Positions 60,301 to 64,000 of a DNA stretch of 64,000 nucleotides are shown piece after piece. The notes beneath the pieces are model-generated. The model ran no database searches. It was not told the origin of the DNA and was given only the letters and a program-made list of their open reading frames with translations. Both the position numbers and the translations under genes were made by a program. How positions within the stretch are numbered: the stretch's first letter is position 1; every line of letters starts with the position of its first letter. The stretch is from Phoronis australis (lineage: Eukaryota > Animalia > Phoronida): the NCBI GenBank assembly GCA_002633005.1, contig NMRA01000339.1, positions 82,685 to 146,684 on the forward strand. Reading direction: 5' to 3'.

Positions 60301-62979
60301 TCACACGCTGCCACCATGTTAAGTTAGGGTCTGATGACGCTGATTCTTAGTCGATCAAGAGAAAAACAACTCTACCGATAGCCGGAGCAGTATATTGTAA
60401 CCAACAGACAGACATCGAATGTCGCGTCGTGGCCGGCAACAATACTAACTACTCTGCACTACTCAACAAGCATGTACGTGTACTAGAACTATACAACACG
60501 ATTCATCGTCAGGCACACATTCTTTGCAATGTGCGACGTGCTCACACAGTCATTATTTTGGTTTGAAAAGTTTATTTCGTTTTTACAAACTTAAATAACT
60601 TAGTAACAAAAAACTTTCAGTAACGTATGTCATTCTAACTGATCCAAACGCTTTTTAAAACGAAAGCATTCCCTTTAAACTCATCGCCAGGAGAAATATC
60701 ACATTGCTGACGTCGTTTATTAGTTTCATTGACTGCACTTGATTTACTTTGCTGATACCGTCGGGTCAAACGGCAATGAAATCTGGGCTGGGTTCCGTAG
60801 ACCGTTTAAAACAAATTCATTCCCACAATTCAACACTACAACGCCTCTCACAAGTCATTTCAGTGCCATTTTGTTAACGTAGGCCAGTAAGCTCTCGAGC
60901 ATACTCGAAAAACGAAACTGATGAAAGACGCGCACAACGTAGCCCATGGCTTCCGCTCAAGTGTAAACACGATGATAACGTTTCACACATTTTCAAAGTT
61001 TTTGGACAAGGCAAACTGGTGTATTCGTAGTCACATGTAACCTGGAAATCAATCTATTGTTTTTGCTATCAAGAACTCTGTTGCAGACTTTATCAGTTTG
61101 AATGCTACGATTTCTGGCGCTGGATATGACGCGGAGTGCACTGGAATTGGGAAGCCGCTTATGCAACTTATATCTGTGCACCACTTCACCAAAATGGCAA
61201 CTGTTGTATTTGCGATACAGTGATGCAAAACGACGGCAGTGTTTTGGCACGTTTACTTTTAAGTGACAGTGAAAATTTTATACATTTGAGACAAGAGCTC
61301 CTCACAAGCAACTAAGTCAACACCTGCGCAACGTTAACCTGTCTTTTGAGTCCCATACCAGTAATTACGTTCAATACATTTTTTAACTTAAACGCAACAT
61401 TTTTCGGCACTCAACTGGGTTCGTAAGAGCCAAACTTTGCTGGAGACTCAGTGGACTACGCTTCGAACAAAAAAATCACATTATACGAATGGTCGTACTT
61501 GGGGGTTTTGAGCCGACGTAAAGGATACGCACTTACCTGGTAAAGCGGTACCAGCCATCTCTCAGCCCTCGGTCGCACAACAATACGTCGCTTCCACTGG
61601 GGACAAAATTTTGACTACGCCGAGGCTCATTAATTTCTGAATAGCCCTTGCATGGATCCAAAGCCTTTAGGGGAAGAAACAGTGCTGAAAACCAACCAGG
61701 AAAGGTTATGCAAAAAGACGAAACACTTAAAAATAAAGATCACATTTGAAATTGAAATATTAAAAACTCCGTAAAAAATAGGTGCCCTCCCTATACGTGT
61801 AAATTTGTCAACCAAATCCTTCAGTTTAACCTATTGTAAAGAATTTTCATTTAAAATTTAGAGTCCGTATTTTGACCTGCCTATGCGCAGATATTTTAAA
61901 CAACATTCCCATCTAATTCTACGAAACGCAATATCAACGTTATACAACCCTCGACAGCGCTTCAAAGTTTAATGGAGAAAATGTGAACACTCCTTACAAG
62001 ATTTGCTAAACGAGCAATTGTGACCTACGCTTTATACGACTTAGGCTATAGGGACATGGACAGCGCAGCACTGAAGTAAGTGGGGTAGGCTGTACCCAAC
62101 CCCCCATCCCCCTATGGTGCGCTGCCCATGAGGGAACGAATACTGTGCCTGCCAAGAACCAAAATATCCAATCTATCACACAAAATCAGTTTTTGGCCAC
62201 AATGAAATTAAAAACCGAACGATCGCCGCACAAATAAAAAAGTTCATGTTCAAATCAACGTTTCGTCTTTTCATTAGACATCATCAGGATCATATTTACA
62301 ACAATTTAGGACAACAAGTGCCAACACACAGCTCAGGTAACATCCATAGACTGAAGTGAGAGATACATAGAGTATAGTCAGTAGCTGGTCATCACCATAG
62401 TTGCAGGGTCACTGAGCTCTGCATGTTATTCAGATAATCAGTGGCATGCTGGTTCTGAATGGCCAATGACTCTTTAATGTACAGTAACTCCTTATGAGGT
62501 TCTCTGCAGATAATACTATAAGAGTATTAGCTACAATCACCAAGCCAACTCAGTACAAAGATGTTTTCAGTTCATCGGCAGAATTTCCAATAGTAAGCCT
62601 CAGGGTGTACACCCCATCTCTACTTTAATGGAACCCCAAAAGTAAACGCAGTTGTACGTTCAGAAACGTGGGACGGAAAATGCAACATAAAACAGACCGC
62701 AAACGTGAAACGAGTCTTGCTTTTGATAGACTGTCGTTGACACTGTCCATTTTGGGAAACCCTGCAATATTTGTGTCTCCAAAAGGAGACCAGCAGGCAT
62801 TTATACGAAGAGAAACATTTGGAATACACACTCATGGGTAATCTACATGAAAGGCAATACCCGTTTGCCCCTCAGAAAAACAGTAGGACCACCCATTCGC
62901 TTTAAACAGTTGGTTAACTTGAACATTTCTACTTACCGCACGCCAATACTGACGCAACGAGGAAACTACTAATGGACAT
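39231..62979 (-). CDS. VWDE-like secreted protein (von Willebrand factor D and EGF domain-containing) with N-terminal D8C domain, 20 coding exons, 1016 aa
   Basis: The 20 exons listed below total 3051 nt, have GT-AG introns and matched phases, and contain no internal stop. Signal peptide MSISSFLVASVLACALFLPLKA; D8C (DPC..[28 protein letters not shown].HP); VWD (CTSSGDPH...GVCGTFDGN...FFESWRIP); EGF (CLDNCNFRGNCVKGVCKCNTGFAGEDC). Confidence 0.92.
39731..40730 (+). mobile_element. 1000-bp non-autonomous DNA transposon with 5-bp TSD AAATC, in VWDE-like intron 19
   Basis: Termini CAGTGGCGGATCTAGG / CCTAAATCCGCCTATG; AAATC at 39726-39730 and 40731-40735; second copy at 31104-31695. Confidence 0.88.
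40876..40990 (-). CDS. VWDE-like exon 19
   Basis: PNTCLIEGRCYLPHQ...MCSPDKSTTSWTAKV; donor GTAAGG. Confidence 0.9.
42624..42748 (-). CDS. VWDE-like exon 18
   Basis: GKPARAFLISITNDGKLFS...VHDSNCQSCSNETCFHV; donor GTGAGT. Confidence 0.9.
43406..43517 (-). CDS. VWDE-like exon 17
   Basis: IVNGKL...AEFESFAEVACQLPPHSVGK; bridges phase 0 to phase 1. Confidence 0.88.
44049..44151 (-). CDS. VWDE-like exon 16
   Basis: RPVCDIRKRPCQTTFMIVRNVKDSFKLACRVREVE. Confidence 0.9.
44615..44883 (-). CDS. VWDE-like exon 15 (EGF domain)
   Basis: ISDDLTFAKDAVADMEKAC...CLDNCNFRGNCVKGVCKCNTGFAGEDC...PPTV. Confidence 0.95.
46143..46855. repeat. 356-bp tandem duplication split by a single N (probable allelic assembly artefact)
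   Basis: 46143-46498 versus 46500-46855 are identical apart from three substitutions seen by eye. Confidence 0.9.
47111..47283 (-). CDS. VWDE-like exon 14
   Basis: DFKESKRPEFPTPSGLTKKTATEYC...C...DCVEDIK. Confidence 0.92.
48157..48280 (-). CDS. VWDE-like exon 13 (linker with RLRR)
   Basis: QTSTWKDLTKKLDTKNRLRRSTTYHDLDTDADEFYVFNYGL. Confidence 0.85.
49202..49346 (-). CDS. VWDE-like exon 12
   Basis: RIPYGESLFDKVP...FCKC...KDPADR; CTACAG acceptor, GTAAGA donor. Confidence 0.9.
49580..49830 (-). mobile_element. Degenerate 3' fragment of a non-LTR retrotransposon ORF2 (I-group-like C-terminus)
   Basis: LTSSQLQLVMQVITGHFNLKKH followed, after a frameshift, by PEHHVGGC, resembling the L..LTGH..L..H...E...H....C zinc-knuckle tail. 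Confidence 0.5.
50658..50866 (-). CDS. VWDE-like exon 11 (VWD end)
   Basis: IRFPSGAWVKA...APSDDF...GVCGTFDGNSKNDF...FFESW. Confidence 0.93.
51546..51746 (-). CDS. VWDE-like exon 10 (VWD)
   Basis: [32 protein letters not shown]...GRSFK. Confidence 0.92.
52273..52336 (-). CDS. VWDE-like exon 9 (VWD)
   Basis: SSYHLYRPGEYVYYLSKKRPFE; phase 2-0. Confidence 0.88.
53171..53453 (-). CDS. VWDE-like exon 8 (start of VWD, GDPH)
   Basis: DELVAAESCTK...AVRDF...QTCTSSGDPHLRGFDRK. Confidence 0.93.
53886..54024 (-). CDS. VWDE-like exon 7
   Basis: VSPNMLEVSENDRTVNVTLSSTIPILC...HQSI. Confidence 0.9.
56138..56221 (-). CDS. VWDE-like exon 6
   Basis: LGCKVSGFYKKQLMSPAWESNGFWVGVE; phase 0-0. Confidence 0.88.
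56643..56881 (-). CDS. VWDE-like exon 5
   Basis: DAYPKLTQPPQL...FKCEVQY...FEVVWLFD...GNMGKL; TAG acceptor, GTATGT donor. Confidence 0.9.
57496..57558 (-). CDS. VWDE-like exon 4 (short Cys module)
   Basis: GTATPCPSGTYSASGFPPCTK; phase 1-1. Confidence 0.88.
57675..58040. repeat. Degenerate (GAT)n low-complexity tract in VWDE-like intron 3
   Basis: GAT/GAC/GGT triplet runs that generate spurious Asp-, His- and Met-rich ORFs in three frames. Confidence 0.9.
58152..58408 (-). CDS. VWDE-like exon 3 (D8C C-terminal half)
   Basis: [30 protein letters not shown]...NCGSFFVYYLTRTKACAMAYCA. Confidence 0.95.
60306..60316 (-). other. Primer binding site TGGTGGCAGCG (tRNA-Leu type)
   Basis: Immediately follows the LTR end; complementary to a ...CGCUGCCACCA tRNA 3' end as in eukaryotic tRNA-Leu. 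Confidence 0.75.
60317..60498 (-). repeat. 5' LTR (about 182 bp, TGTT...AACA) of the Gypsy element
   Basis: On the - strand it begins TGTTGTA and ends TTAACA directly before the PBS. The outer boundary is inferred from the inverted termini only. Confidence 0.65.
61537..61684 (-). CDS. VWDE-like exon 2 (D8C N-terminal half)
   Basis: ALFLPLKALDPCKGYSEINEPRRSQNF...CDRGLRDGWYRFT; CAG acceptor, GTAAGT donor. Confidence 0.92.
62055..62130. mobile_element. 76-bp micro-MITE with 5-bp TSD AGGGA; degenerate relatives near 1000-1070, 28616-28690 and 30121-30205
   Basis: CATGGACAGCGCAGCA / TGGTGCGCTGCCCATG; AGGGA at 62050-62054 and 62131-62135. Confidence 0.8.
62937..62979 (-). CDS. VWDE-like exon 1 (signal peptide start)
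   Basis: ATG at 62979, MSISSFLVASVLAC, donor GTAAGT; phase 1 matches exon 2. Confidence 0.8.
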
Positions 62980-64000
62980 TTTGGAATGCTCAAATTAGCT
63001 TCCTGGCGGTGCAACGTCTAGTAGCTACTGTGCATGTAAGTTCTATCTTGCCAGATACACTTTGCAGCCTGGTAAGGTCTAGGCATATCAATTCTAATCT
63101 GTTGATAAGGACGTCTCATGGATGTGATGACACCTTTAATCTTGATTAAAGACGAACCGGGGACCGATTTGTACAAACATAGTGATAAGGGATCTCAATA
63201 CCAAGTTCTATTGTTTATTTCGTTTCAAACAATCGGAACGATATCCGGTTACGCGAGAACTGTCAATGAACACTGCAAACAAATGTGCCTGGTCCCATGT
63301 TCGCAACCTATAGTCGAAGAATCTCCTAGAATAGCTTACATACAACATGGCTTAAGCGTCCACGGCCAACATCTCCACTGACATCTTATCTGCCGTCGTT
63401 GTCATCAGTTGACATTCCGTACTTTCTAAACACTTGGTGTCAGATTTAGAATTAATACTTGGGAATATTAGAAAACTATCAAACAGATGCCGTTGTCGTT
63501 GGGATATACTGATATTACACGAGTACAACAAGTACTAATTTATTTCAAGAAGCAGCGCAGGATTAAGAAAACTGTAGGAAGTCAAGAAGTACCCATTAAA
63601 GTAAAGTGGAACCAAAGCGTGGGAATAATGTCTGCACAATCAGAATTGCATGGCCAAAGTGGTGTTTTTTACTTAAAATGTCAAAACACATTTAAGAACC
63701 CTCTCTCTTATTTCCAACGATTTAAATCATTAGAAATTAATTGTTCAAAATGTTTGATTTTTAGTGCTATGCATGATACTTCGCTGCAGTTGAACCATAG
63801 CCATAATCTGGCATTGCTAACAGGACGCTCAAAGAGGGCAAGCGGTTAATTGGTTTCACGAAAACCAGCAATGCATAGCGTGCATGTTTGGATCTCCGAG
63901 GCGGTTTCCATAGAATAACTGAAAATGGCAGTTATGGATCTGAACCAAACATTCAGGATATGAAAGAGATTGTCGCAGAAGTCGCGGAAGTCTTTTGATT

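Larger units (their letters stand above)
58620..60498 (-). mobile_element. 3'-truncated, frameshifted Ty3/Gypsy LTR retrotransposon (Mag-like) in VWDE-like intron 2
   Basis: Gag (WKLFKQKWQNY..QVALLLH; zinc knuckle GKTCENCGERNHFKAKC), protease (FLVDTGADVNTI), RT N-terminus (WVSQMTVVLKPNGKLRLCIDPQPLN...FTKLDVKNAFWHI). No RNase H, integrase or 3' LTR. Confidence 0.93.

Overview
AT-rich eukaryotic DNA from a draft animal assembly, probably a marine invertebrate bilaterian (inferred from gene families and repeat types). It has one 775-N gap (3051-3825) and two single-N joins (31103, 46499). Two complete spliced genes were reconstructed by hand with GT-AG boundaries and consistent phases. (1) A + strand 5-exon SLC16/monocarboxylate transporter-family gene (2393-12146, 516 aa). 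(2) A - strand 20-exon secreted VWDE-like protein (62979-39231, 1016 aa): signal peptide, uromodulin-type D8C domain, VWD with GDPH, EGF, and an unassigned C-terminal 10-Cys module. A 3'-truncated Mag-type Gypsy LTR element lies in intron 2 of the second gene. I found no convincing protein-coding gene in the 27 kb between the two genes. The most unusual signals concern DNA transposons: seven CA..TG-type elements with 5-bp target duplications (one family carrying a tRNA-like cassette), a 2.8-kb nested stack, two tiny palindromes flanked by 7-bp duplications that resemble P-element excision footprints, and a strong excess of TACATGTA, the Tc1/Tc3-type excision footprint. Almost all ORFs in the six-frame track are spurious. 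No database searches were run.
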